The notes beneath the pieces were generated by a model. The model did not search any database and had not been told where the DNA came from. It saw nothing but the letters and a program-made list of their open reading frames with translations. Source: Felis catus (taxonomy: Eukaryota). From it: a stretch of 64,000 nt of DNA. A program made the position numbers and the translations under genes. This document shows, one piece after another, positions 34,901 through 45,474 of the stretch (position 1 is the first letter of the stretch; each line of letters begins with the position of its first letter). The DNA is taken from positions 10,912,001 through 10,976,000 of the forward strand of contig NC_058382.1 of the NCBI RefSeq assembly GCF_018350175.1, written 5' to 3'.

Positions 34901-37900
34901 TCTCTCTCTCTCTCTCTCTCAAAATAAGTAAGCTTTATTTAAAAAGTATAAAAAACAAAATACAGCTCCTTCTAGAGCCCACAGTACACTCAGGGATAAA
35001 GGGATTAATCAAATTGTCACACAAACAAACATAAAATTCCAATTGGGACCAGAAACAGCTATAAAACTTACTGGGAAGGGGAGCCTTGCAGATGAAAATG
35101 TGGGGCCCCTTTTTCAAAAATTAAGAATTTCTAGATGGTGAGAGCAGAGCATCAAACCAAGAATCAGGCTCTGCCAAGCACAGGGCCCTGTAACTGCATG
35201 AGTTGCACACCCATGAAGTTGGCCCTGATGGAGACAAAGACACCTGCTTGGTGTTAGGAGAACTTGTAACAGGTGTCTTTGATCTAATCTGAGGTTTTTC
35301 CCTGAGGAAGTAAACCTGGCCAGAACCTGTGCTGAAGGATGAGTGGAGATGTATAGGTGAAGAGAGAACAAGAACATTTCAGATAGAGGGAACATGTGCA
35401 AAGGCCCTGTGGCACGAGGAAGCATGGAGAACTCAAAGGAAGTAAAGCTGCCAGTGTCCTGGCCCACAGAAAGCAAGGGGTCTTGTGGGGTGACACAAGG
35501 CTGGAGAAGATAGGGGCCAGATGAGGCGGGGTCTCAGAGGCTCATGGTACAGAAGAGTTTTGCCCTTATCTGAAGACCAACAGGAAGCCATAAAAGGGCC
35601 TTACACAGGGGATGATATCATTAGTGTACCCTCTCAAAACTGCTATGAATACAGAAGACTATGCATATTAGTCAACTGAATGGAGGAATAAGAGAAAAAC
35701 AAATCTCTGGTCTCAAGTTACTTCCTGGTAGAAACCACAACTTTGAGGGGCTAGGGTGTTAGCGTTCTATCCTTGGAGGAAAGAAAACTGGGTTAGGCTG
35801 ACCTCTAAAGTCCTGTTGGGCCCTGATATTTACTTTTTGCATACCACTTTCCTTCTGTTCTAGAAGAGCCCCTGGAAGCCCCAGCGAGAAGCAAGGAAGG
35901 AAAGCAAGGAAGAAAAAAGTGTCCAGGCCTATTTAAGTTCAAGGTGTTATTTGACCATGTCTGGGAAAAAGAGTTTCATTTCAACTGTATGTAGTCCCTG
36001 GGTGTTTACTCGGGGTTTTGCAAAGCACCGAGAGAGAGCCTTCTGTGTGCAAACACAGAAGTTCCAGGAAAAAAATTTAGAGGGAGAAAAAGGATGACTA
36101 GGCATCACAAAATCTTGGCATCTCGTGGGCAGTAGTCCTGAATAGGTGTAACCTGGGGTCTGCCCCCAGGGGCCTCTGGGCTCCAGGCACTTCCTCCCAT
36201 GGCTGCCTCTTTCCTTACTGGATGGTTCGGGTTTCAGACAAACTCTTTCCTCATAGTGTCTATAATTTTCACCCGCTAATTCCAGCTCTGCCCTCTGGGG
36301 CTTCAGGAACAGGCCAGCTGCAGCCACATGGGTCCTTTTTTCCGTTTCTCTAAACCGCCAAGTTTCTCTCTGCCTTAGGGCTTTTACTATTCCTCCACCT
36401 GGAATGTTCTTTTGCCCTAATTGTTGTATGGCTGGTGTGTTCAGAACCTAGCTTAAATATGACCCCCTCAGAGAGGCCTTTTCTGACCAACTGATCGAAC
36501 TAAACACATTCTTTGTCACCTCCCCATATCATTTATCAGAACCTGAAATCTTTCTTTATTATAAATAACACAGGGCAGGGATTTTGGTCTTTTTTATTAA
36601 TTGTTATATCCCACCCTGACTTATCCATTAGGTACAGTAAGTACAGTACATAAATTCTGGTGCCGCTTTTAAGAGCTCATGAAAATATTTTCTTTTTTCT
36701 TTTGAGATTTTGTTTTTAAGTAATTTCTACACCCAATATAGGGCTTGAGCTCACAACCCTGAGTTCAAAAGTTGTGTGCTCCCCTGAGTGAGCCAGTCAA
36801 GCACCTTAAAAATGTTTTAATTTCTTTTAAAATCGATACTGATGTTGTTGTAAACTATAATTTAAAATATGTTTTGGGGGGCGCCTGGGTGGCTCAGTCG
36901 GTTAAGCATCCAACTTTGACTCAGGTCATGATCTCTCAGTCTGTAAGTTTGAGACCCGTGTCAGGCTCTGTGTTGACAGCTCAGAGCCTGGAGCCTGCTT
37001 TGAATTCTGTGTTTCCTTCTCTCTCTCAAAAGTAAATAAAACATTAAAAAAATTTTAAGGGGCGCCTGGGTGGCTCAGTCGGTTGAGTGTCCGACTTCGG
37101 CTCAGGTCATGATCTCACGGTCCGTGAGTTCGAGCGCTGTGTTGGGCTCTGTGCTGACAGCTTGGAGCCTGGAGCCTGCTTTGGATTCCGTGTCTCCCTT
37201 TCTCTCTTCCCCTCCTCCACTCGTGCTCCATGTCTCTCTCAAAAATACATAAACATTGAATAAAAAAAAGTTTTAATACAAAACTTCTTAAAAATTAAAA
37301 AAATTTTAAATACATTTTTAATGGAGGAAGGGGTTCAAGAAGGCAAATGGCCTAGGGCCCATGAAAGTCATGTGTTGCCCTGACTACATCCCAGCTCCTA
37401 GAATAATGACCAGCACTAAGTGTTCAACAAAAAATTACTGAATTTATGGATGTTCCTTCTGTCTTGTGATGGCCTCAGCCTTTGAAATGTCAAATGACTC
37501 TATTTCTTGGGTTTCCTCTTCCCTGAGCTAATCAGGCTAAACCCTCCCTAGTTCTTTTATTTTACGGGAGCTGGAAGAGCCAGTCCAAATATCTCGTATT
37601 AGATATAGGAAAACTAAGGCCCAGATCCTAATGTGCAGACATTTAAGAGTAAGAGCTGCCCCAAAGTGGGACAAAGCAGGGGGCAGTGCCCGAAGGCAGC
37701 ATAATAGTTCGTTATAAGCTCCAGCTTTTGAATAAGACAGATCTAGATGGAAATCCCAGCTCTGTCACTTGCTGTGTGACTCTGGAAAAATTTTTGATCT
37801 CTCTGAGGCTGTTTTAAACTAATTTATAAAATGGAGGTGGCTAGAAAGTTTTATCTTGTCTGGAGGGTGTTGAGCATAACACCTGGCACATTGATCGTGC

Positions 37901-39462
37901 TCACAAAATGTTCGAGATAGAAGGTGAACGGTCATTTGTCAGAATTTTCTAGGGAGAAAGGATGCTGAAGGAGGGGGTGGAAGGTTGACAAACCTGTTGG
38001 TTTTGGTTGATGAACATTTAATCCCCCTTGTCTGGTAATAATTTCCTTTGGAACCACCCCTCCCCCACTCTCAGTCTATGTGGCCCAGAAAGGTCAAACC
38101 CAACCTCCCCCTCCACTGGGCAGCATAGAACTAAGGTCCAGCTAAGAAGAGTCACAGTGATTGGTTCGGGATTGGGGTCCTAACCCAGCTTTGGCCAATC
38201 GGAATCAAGGGTCCTGGAAAGAGACTCCCTGCTGGGGTTGTCAGTCTGGCAGGATGTGGTTCTGGAGCTTCTGGAAGCCATCTTGCCCTCACAAAGAGAG
38301 AGCCTGCTTAAGAAGGGAGCCAACAGAGGGCAACAGCAGAGCCAAGCGAGGCAGGTTCCTTGCCTGGACCCAGCCAAGCCGGATGCCCCTGAATTTTTTG
38401 TTTAAAGGACCCAATGAGGAACCAATGACCCTTTTATGCTTAAACTGGTTTCAGCAGGTTTCCCGTTAATTGCAACTGAGAGTCTTTATTAATACAATGA
38501 CCAACACCCTCCCCCCATCTAGAAAGGGGGAAAAGGGAATACATTGTTGGTGACCTCTGGGATTCCAGGAGGAATGGGCAGCAGGAAAGGCATTCTTCAT
38601 TTTCTTCATAGTGCTCCTTCTGAGCACAGAACCTAAGTCAAGAACCTGAACAAAGCAGATGCTGAATTTTAGAGTTAATAAATGAATGGAGAGATGGATG
38701 GACAGTAAGTCATTTGGGGAGACAATGGGGATAAGATGAGCTGTGGCTCTCTTTGCTTTAGCCAGGCTTTGGAGGGAAGGAGAAACCGACCCAACCCTCA
38801 ATCTGCTGTGAACATCCCCTCTATGAGATTCCTGGCCCTTGATAGGTGTTTGCCGGATGAATGCATACAGGAAAAAAAGAAAGGGAGGAGGGCGTTTAAG
38901 AAACTCAGAAGGTCATGGGGCGCCTGGGTGGCGCAGTCGGTTAAGCGTCCGACTTCAGCCAGGTCACGATCTCGCGGTCTGTGAGTTCGAGCCCCACGTC
39001 GGGCTCTGGGCTGATGGCTCAGAGCCTGGAGCCTGTTTCCGATTCTGTGTCTCCCTCTCTCTCTGCCCCTCCCCCGTTCATGCTCTGTCTCTCTCTGTCC
39101 CAAAAATAAATAAACGTTGAAAAAAAAAAAAAAAAAAGAAACTCAGAAGGTCAAAGCCTGCAAGGGTCTCAGAGATGATCTTCGGCAACCACCTCAGAGT
39201 TCTTTCATCTTGAAAATGGCGGTAACATTCGCCCATACTCCCTTCTGCAGTTGTAAGGATTAAAGAATAGCATACAAACAAAGGGCTTAGGGGAGAGTCT
39301 GACAAACAGTAAACGCTCAGTAAACATTATTGTTATTATTCAACGAGAGTGGCCGAAGCTGCAAGGGAGATGGACAGGGTAGAGCCCTTACCTCTCACTG
39401 GGACCCAGGGGACGGGCTCTGGGCCATTCAGGGGAACACAAGTGTGTACTGGAATGCCACAT
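20931..39462 (-). CDS. MEIOSIN: MEIOSIN (BHMG1), meiosis initiator with bHLH and HMG box, 591 aa. complement(join(20931..21096,21687..21776,22582..22841,22917..23081,23925..23998,24539..24694,25152..25252,26126..26234,26967..27212,28509..28643,30153..30264,33256..33346,39392..39462))
   Basis: [39 protein letters not shown]; HMG box [35 protein letters not shown]; 13 exons with AG/GT and compatible phases sum to 1776 nt; synteny between SIX5 and FBXO46. Confidence 0.94.
21687..21776 (-). CDS. MEIOSIN: MEIOSIN exon, HMG box
   Basis: [30 protein letters not shown]. Confidence 0.93.
22582..22841 (-). CDS. MEIOSIN: MEIOSIN exon, start of HMG box
   Basis: DDEADP...[20 protein letters not shown]. 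Confidence 0.93.
22917..23081 (-). CDS. MEIOSIN: MEIOSIN exon
   Basis: [11 protein letters not shown]...[16 protein letters not shown]...RQPE. Confidence 0.9.
23925..23998 (-). CDS. MEIOSIN: MEIOSIN exon
   Basis: [25 protein letters not shown]|gtagg. Confidence 0.87.
24345..24484 (-). mobile_element. CAN-SINE
   Basis: SINEC head on the reverse strand; TSD-like tcactgNatgttttct. Confidence 0.8.
24539..24694 (-). CDS. MEIOSIN: MEIOSIN exon
   Basis: [10 protein letters not shown]...[14 protein letters not shown]...EYLMQ. Confidence 0.9.
25152..25252 (-). CDS. MEIOSIN: MEIOSIN exon
   Basis: [34 protein letters not shown]. Confidence 0.9.
26126..26234 (-). CDS. MEIOSIN: MEIOSIN exon
   Basis: [36 protein letters not shown]|gtaag. 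Confidence 0.88.
26967..27212 (-). CDS. MEIOSIN: MEIOSIN exon
   Basis: [20 protein letters not shown]...IHCDIS; weak donor gttggt. Confidence 0.85.
27474..27929 (-). mobile_element. Two tandem CAN-SINEs inserted in a MER5-like hAT remnant
   Basis: Two SINEC bodies (27474-27673, 27690-27929); flank ttagaatca...aatactgatgccca. Confidence 0.8.
28509..28643 (-). CDS. MEIOSIN: MEIOSIN exon
   Basis: [10 protein letters not shown]...[12 protein letters not shown] (NLS-like). Confidence 0.9.
29373..29707. mobile_element. Tigger2/MER28-like MITE (TcMar) inserted in a MIR
   Basis: TA|caggtgacccctgaacaa ... gttagtccaggctcaactg|TA terminal inverted repeats with TA TSD; MIR sequence on both sides. Confidence 0.8.
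30153..30264 (-). CDS. MEIOSIN: MEIOSIN exon, HLH helix 2
   Basis: [37 protein letters not shown]|gtaagt. Confidence 0.92.
31897..32110 (-). mobile_element. SINEC_Fc-type SINE with a long (GA)n tract
   Basis: Consensus SINEC body; TSD tactggtat. Confidence 0.88.
33256..33346 (-). CDS. MEIOSIN: MEIOSIN exon, HLH helix 1
   Basis: Branch point CTAAC ~27 nt upstream of aaaacag|G; [30 protein letters not shown]|gtatgg. Confidence 0.82.
34754..34945 (+). mobile_element. CAN-SINE
   Basis: gggacgcctgggtggctcag...(CT)n aaaataa. Confidence 0.85.
36690..37270. mobile_element. Cluster of three CAN-SINEs (one minus, two plus)
   Basis: SINEC heads at ~36806 (-), 36878 (+) and 37059 (+). Confidence 0.82.
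38917..39135 (+). mobile_element. Young SINEC_Fc with a perfect 18-bp TSD
   Basis: TSD aagaaactcagaaggtca at 38898-38915 and 39136-39153; pure A tail. Confidence 0.95.
39392..39462 (-). CDS. MEIOSIN: MEIOSIN first coding exon
   Basis: tttgcag|ATG; [23 protein letters not shown](R); AG|gtaagg. Confidence 0.85.
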
Positions 39463-40599
39463 CTGCAAAGAGGGAAAAAAGAAAGAATTATTAGTGACCT
39501 CTGGGATCCCAGGAGGAATGGCTAGCAAGGTGGGTAGCCTTCATTTTCCCCAAGTTGTTCCTTTGAGCACTCAGACAGCCCAAGGGTCCCCGACCCCCAC
39601 AAATATGGGCCCAGAGACCAAAGTCAAACCCCTGAACTCTCAACCGAAGTCCCTGCGTCCCAAACTGTAAATTTGGGCCAAGTTGTGATCTGTACCTAAA
39701 ACTAAAAACACATTCCCACACTTTAACTTCAGAACTTCTGTCTTAATAGTGACACGTCACACGGCCAGGCCTGCGACCTGGCTTGAGCTCTCTAAAACGG
39801 TGAGGTTAAGATGCAAAAACCATGACTTGGAACTCTCAAAGTGAAGATCTAAAACCCCCAAAGATGCCCTCCCAAACCTAAAAACCCTCAACAGTAACAC
39901 TGAGATACTCTAGACCCCCGAACTGGCTACTTCTGATCTCCAAATACGACCCCAGTCCCAGTCCAGTTGAGATCACAGACCACAAACCTTAACAGAGAAC
40001 CCAAACCCTAAACTAAGAAACCCACGCCCCCAGAGCAAACCAGAGTCTCCCACGGTGACGTTGGATCCAAACACAAAGACCTCCAGACCCCAGAACTATC
40101 CTTTCAGACCTTCAAATTGTGACCCCCCCAACCCTACAATCGAGATCTCACAGGTGAGTCCCCAAACTGACGCCCCGTACTCAGCGTGGGGACTCCAGGC
40201 CCCGAAAGTTAAGCCTCAAAGTCCCAAATGGTGACTTCAGCCCCGAAATCTCATACCTCCTACTCCACACTGGGATGCTAGATCCCTAAATCCAATGCAA
40301 GGCTTCAAACCTCCCATATCAGGCCCCGGGGCCCCCAAGTGGTACCCCGGAACTCAAAATCTCCCCAGGATCTCCCGATCCCAACGGGAAAGCTCCCAGT
40401 CACAAAGCCCCCACACCTCCAGACTCCAATACTAGTTACTCCCACATACAAAGCCGGAGGTCCCAGGTCCCGGATCCCTATCCGACAGCCCCGACACTCT
40501 TCAGGGTCTTCAGTATCTCAAACCTGAGCCTGGACCCCCAAACCTCGGCCCAACTTCAAACCCAACACCCACCCTGCTCTGTGGCCCCTGGCCTGCCTT

Positions 40600-41300
40600 G
40601 CTCCGAGCACCCGGGCACGTCCGCCTTCCTGTCCCCCTGCACCTCCGGGAGGGAGGCCACGACCACAGAGTGCAGCTCCTGAGCGGACCCCAGGCTCCCC
40701 ACTTCTGGAGGGCGAGTTCGCCTCGGCCTCCAGCACCCGCCTCAGGACGTGCAAAATGGCGCGAGGCCCCCCCTTGTGGTTTCACGCCAGCTCCACGCTC
40801 AGGAGCCTGATCGGGCAGCGCCCGGAGCGCCTCCTGGGAGGCGGGCTGCGCCCGCGAGCCTCAGGCCGGCCTCGGCCACCGCGCTCCCCACCCGGGCGTG
40901 GGGTGGCCGCGAACCCCCTTAGCTCGAGGCTCCCGGGCGAGGCCCGTGGAGGGGAGCAAAAGCGAGCTCCTGAGGCCAGGCCACGCCCCCGCCGGTTCCC
41001 GCCAAGGCGTGCGGGGCACGAGACTGCAGAGGCGAAACGGCAGGGTGCGAGGGGCCGTGCGCAAGCGCGCCTGGGGACGGGCCCCGTCTTCCAGCGCCCG
41101 CGGGAGCTTCGCCTCGCGCCTCCAGACAAGGCTCCTGCCGGTGCGCGCCAAAGGGCCAACCAATCAGCGCTCAGTCAGCTGCCCGCCTCCCCGCCCCCGT
41201 CTGGCCTCGCCCCCCTCCGCTGATTCCTGAGGTCCAGGACCCCGGGATCCCGAGGAGGCGGAGTCTCCCCAACTGCCGACTCTCAGGAACAGAGAAGGAT
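40600..41300 (-). promoter_or_regulatory. MEIOSIN CpG-island promoter and non-coding first exon (exact exon not resolved)
   Basis: CpG-rich; YY1 AAAATGGCG ~40753, E2F TTCCCGCC 40996-41003, CCAAT 41160-41164, four CCTCAGG/CCTGAGG; the ATG exon starts at an acceptor, so an upstream exon is required. Confidence 0.75.
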
Positions 41301-41789
41301 CTGGCCAGGGTCCTTTCCGGCCTTCATTCCACCTTTTGCCTTCGACGCATAGCTGAGGGAGGCCTGCTCGGTGCCAAGGATCGTGCTGGAGGCTGGGGAT
41401 TTCGCTGCGGTCCTCCCCGCGCAGTCGGGAAGCTCACAGCCCTGGAGACTCTAGTGAAGCAGTGGCTGCGTTAAAGAGCCATAAATTGAGAAAAGATGCA
41501 AAGAGGAGGGTCGTTGGAATTGGCCTTCGGGAGCAGGTCCCCTCGCGAAGGTGTATGCTCCTTGATAGAGCAAACTGTCTTTTAGAAAGCTCTTTCTGAT
41601 GGCCCGTGAGGATGGACTGGAAAAGACAGCTTAAGGGAAAGTGATCTAACGACCAAGAGGAGACTTGGAGACCCTGGCGTCCAACACATTTCAGTTCAAA
41701 TCACTTTCTTGCTGTATTGCCATGGAGAAGGGTTTTAATTTCTTTTTGCCTTAACTTTCACGAAGTTGGAATACTACTTGGGTTGTCTG

Positions 41790-41961
41790 GGGGCGCCTGG
41801 TTGGCCCAGTCGGTGAAGCGTCCGACCTCAGCTCAGGTCAAGATCTCCTGGTCTGAGAGTTAGTTCCAGCCTGCGTTGGGCTCTGTGTGGACAGCTCAGA
41901 GCCTGGAGCCTGCTTCCGATTGTGTACCTCCCTCTGTCTCGGCCCCTTCCCCGCTTGCGCG

Positions 41962-41992
<31 letters not shown>

Positions 41993-42020
41993 AAAAATAA
42001 ATAAACATTAAAAAAAAAAA
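41790..42020 (+). mobile_element. SINEC_Fc between the MEIOSIN and FBXO46 promoters
   Basis: TSD tacttgggttgtctg at 41775-41789 and 42021-42035. Confidence 0.92.
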
Positions 42021-42389
42021 TACTTGGGTTGTCTGCAGGGTGTCTGGCATATGGTTAGTATGCAATACATATTTACACAAGGCTTATTTACACTGTTCTG
42101 GGCGCTTGAAGGAGATACAAAGGTGCCTGCCCTCGTGGAGCTTCTATGATGTTGACTAGTTCCTAGTTCGTGGGGCTTTCCTCCCTTCTAACACTTAATG
42201 TTATCATTTGTAAATTAGGAGGTGGTGGTAAGAAAATCAGGAGGTGGTGGTGGCGATGGAAAAAATGTCTGAGAAAGTAGAGGGCACTGTTTATTATGTT
42301 AATTAGTATAACTAAACGTGCTCTTCCCCCGCTCTCCACCCCTCACAAACGTCTCTTGGCAATTTGCTCAATTTCTTCCAAAGGGCCCC

Positions 42390-42694
42390 GGGCCAAAATG
42401 GAGGAGCCTGGACTCCATCTCCCAGAGCGCCTGGCGGGGAGCTCTCTGCGCCTGCGCCGCAAAGTGCCCTCTCCGCCTCCTGGGAGTTAGAGTCGAGCTT
42501 CTCCCCAGCCCGCCCAGTTTGCTTCCTTTCTCCACCTCCAAGCTTGATCACGCTGCCTTCTGGGAGGTGTAGTCCGTGGCCACTCGGACTCCAATTCCCA
42601 GCGGGCTTCGGGGCGGGAACCCGGAAGGGGAGGCTGGAGAGGAGCGAGTGGGGGAAACCCGCGTAGCCGAGAAGAGCTGCGGCGCGGAGAGATG
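42390..42694 (+). promoter_or_regulatory. FBXO46 main promoter and non-coding exon 1 (donor after 42694)
   Basis: Four ZNF143/SBS-type motifs (42411-42431, 42474-42494, 42555-42575, 42586-42606), NRF1 TGCGCCTGCGC 42447-42457, ETS CCGGAAG ~42621, donor ATG|gtgaga followed by G-rich intron sequence. Confidence 0.75.
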
Positions 42695-45474
42695 GTGAGA
42701 ACCCCGAGCGGGGGCTGGGGACGCTGGAAAGCTGGGGCGGAGGTTCGGGGCCGGTGGCGAGAAGGAAGGGGCAGTGGCTAAAGAAGAGGCTGGACGAGGA
42801 GAGATCGCTTTGGGGAGGGGTTTGGGAGAAACGGGAGCCGGAGGGAGTAGTAGAAGAATGGGGGCTGGGGAGGGGTCTTGGAGGTGGGGAGGGAGTCGAG
42901 CCTTGGGATTGATTGTAAGGGAGCTCCGAGCTGGGGAAGGGAGTCCCGAGTTGGAGAAGGGGCTGGGCGTCCCGACAGAGGCCCTGAAGGGAGCAATTTC
43001 GAGGGGGAGTAGCCTGGGGGATGCGGAGAGGCATGGGAGTCAGGGCTAGATGAATGAGGGGGTCTGTAGGCTCCGAGGGAGAAGCCAGCTGTGGCTGCGG
43101 TGGGTTGGGGCCTCTAGATCGGACTGGGGGCAGGAGGGCAAGCTGAGGTGGTGGAAGGAGAGAAATCAATGGTAGAGTGATGTGTTGGTTAGGCTACCGT
43201 ACTGGGAATGGGTGGAGAGCATGAGATTAGGCGCCTGGATGTAACGATAGTTTGCCTAGACCAGCCGGAGACTCCCAAGATACTGGACAGTCACAGAACT
43301 AGGATAAGACGGCCAGAAAGGGCCACAGAGAGAACCTTTTGCACTCGCGTTTCTCCAGTGGGATCTCGAAAAGTGTAGTGGTTGATGTGTACTGGCGGTC
43401 CAGCCTTCAGATCTCATTCGGTCACTCCTCGGTGACCTGAACAAGTCTCCCTTCTCTGAAACTTGGTATCTGAGTTGTGGGAACAACTTGCCACTGAGAA
43501 GAGGGAGGGCCTCTTAAGATTGTTACCCTCTCTTGCAATAAGTCCCCAGTCTCAGAGCTGTTGGTGGGAAGTTCCCCACCCCAGGAATGTGACTGGGTCA
43601 CAGGTGCTGATGGATTCCCTCCTTATCAGTCCAACCCCGGAGGCAGTTTCTCAAAACCTGGCACTGCTCTGGGCATATCCCGGCTAAGAAGCATGCCATG
43701 CCCGGGCTCTCCTCAGTGGATTACAGCTGACATTTATGGTTTAGGAAGTGCCTGGCCCTTCTCTTAGCTCTTGGTGCATATTAACTCATTTAATTCTGGC
43801 AACACCCCTAAGGTGTAGGTGCTGTTACTATTTCCATTCTACAGAAAGGAAGCAGAGGCACAGAGAACTTAAGCAACTTTCCTAATGTCATCCAGCATTG
43901 CATGGTAGGCTCAGGATTCCAAGCTAGGCATACTGGCCCAGAATCTGCTTTCACCGCTGCAATTCAGTCCCTTTGCCTTGTACTGAAACGCCAAGAGTAG
44001 GGCAGAGACTCGAGAACAGAGGCAGTCTTCAGTTTGAATTGTGGTTCTGGCATTTGCTGGGTGACCTTGGGCAAGTCTTTTGACTTCTCCTTAACTAGGA
44101 AATGGGATCGGTAACCCTAGGAAGGTTAGAGGATCCAGGGAGGTCAGCACGTAAAGTTCTTGGAGTAAGTGCTCAATACACATGAGTTAGCATTTTTTGA
44201 GCGGGAGCGGGAAACAGACTCGAGAGAGAAAGTGGAAGACAGCGACCAGTGAGGGAGACATCAGCCAGTCTGCCTCCTTTTCGTTCTCTCACAGATTTCC
44301 CCCTTATCTCACCCTTCTGGTGTCCCACCCACTACCCGTAGGCTCCCATGTTCAAGGGCGACTCCCCAAGGGGGGTTTGCTCAGAGACTCAATCTGTCCC
44401 CATTCCCATCGCCAGCCAAATATAAATAATTCACTTCCCAATGCCCAGCCTGGCCCAGCTCCAGGTATCTCAGTGAATAGGAAATATTTCCAACAACTGT
44501 GTTTTCTTACCCCAACCTTTGGGTCATTCCAGCCTCCCCCGGGGCAGTTAGGTAACTTTGTAATTCATCTTGAAACAGTTTGGTTCATTTGTTGTGAGGC
44601 TTCCTGAGTTTATCACATAAGTTTTCTGACTCTGATGGGAAAGTTTATGCTGAAAAGCACTGGCCTCAGGTACACCGGGGTACAAAGCCCTTCCTCTGCG
44701 CTGTGTGTCCTTGGCCAAGTTGCATTCCCCCTCTGGCCCTCGAGTTTTCTTGTGTAACCTGGGGCCACATTCCAAGCACGGGGCTCTTGTAAGGAGATGA
44801 GAAGGTAACGTATATAAAATGTTTAGTGAATACGAAGTATGAGGTGTTTTTATGATTTTTATTCTTTCGAGAAAGAAACTATTGAGCATACGCTTTGGAA
44901 CCAGAATGCTCAGATTTGAATCCTGGCCCCATCACACACTAGCTGTGTGACTCTGGGCAAGTCACTTAACCCCTCTGGACCTCGGTTTCCTCTTCCAGAA
45001 AATGGGGGTTCCTTCCTTGAGTAGTTCACAGTGTTGATGGAGCACCTCCTATGTGTAGACTGACACCTTGCCCCTGGGGAGCTTGCTGTTGTCACAGCAT
45101 TGGTGACATTCGTGCTCATTTTTCGGGTTTGGGATTTCTCTTACTGATTCATTTGCAGCCCCTCGTGCTAGCTTTGCCTGCTGTCCTTGCTTTCAGGGGT
45201 CTTTAACCCTTTGTCTTCAGCTCTCAGTGAGTTATCTGAAAACTTATTGCTTTGGGGGTAAAGCGTGCCAGCCTCTCACTTGTCCCTGTGCGTGTATGTC
45301 ACATCTGGGGTCCCCTGGGGTAAGGTGACACTTTGCTCCCCCTTTCCTTTATTTGTCCGTCTTGGGAAATGTGCCTGCCTTCCAAGTCATTTTGCCTTTT
45401 CTTAAAATCTTAAGTGTGTTTTTCAGCCTGCGCCTGTCCGAAGCTTACTCATACAATGATATTTTTACCATTTC

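Larger units (their letters stand above)
38516..39570. repeat. ~111-bp diverged direct repeat pair (38516-38627 and 39460-39570)
   Basis: Shared core gtgacctctgggatNccaggaggaatgg...ttcattttc...tgagcac; about 75% identity by eye. Confidence 0.85.

Noticed and set aside
38798-39120. ORFs such as [17 protein letters not shown] (also 46649-47088 and 11071-11337)
   Set aside because: Translations of SINEC_Fc elements
42312-43169. 285-aa minus-strand Pro/Ser-rich ORF at the FBXO46 promoter
   Set aside because: Non-ATG start; product reflects the G-skew of the first intron; no domain
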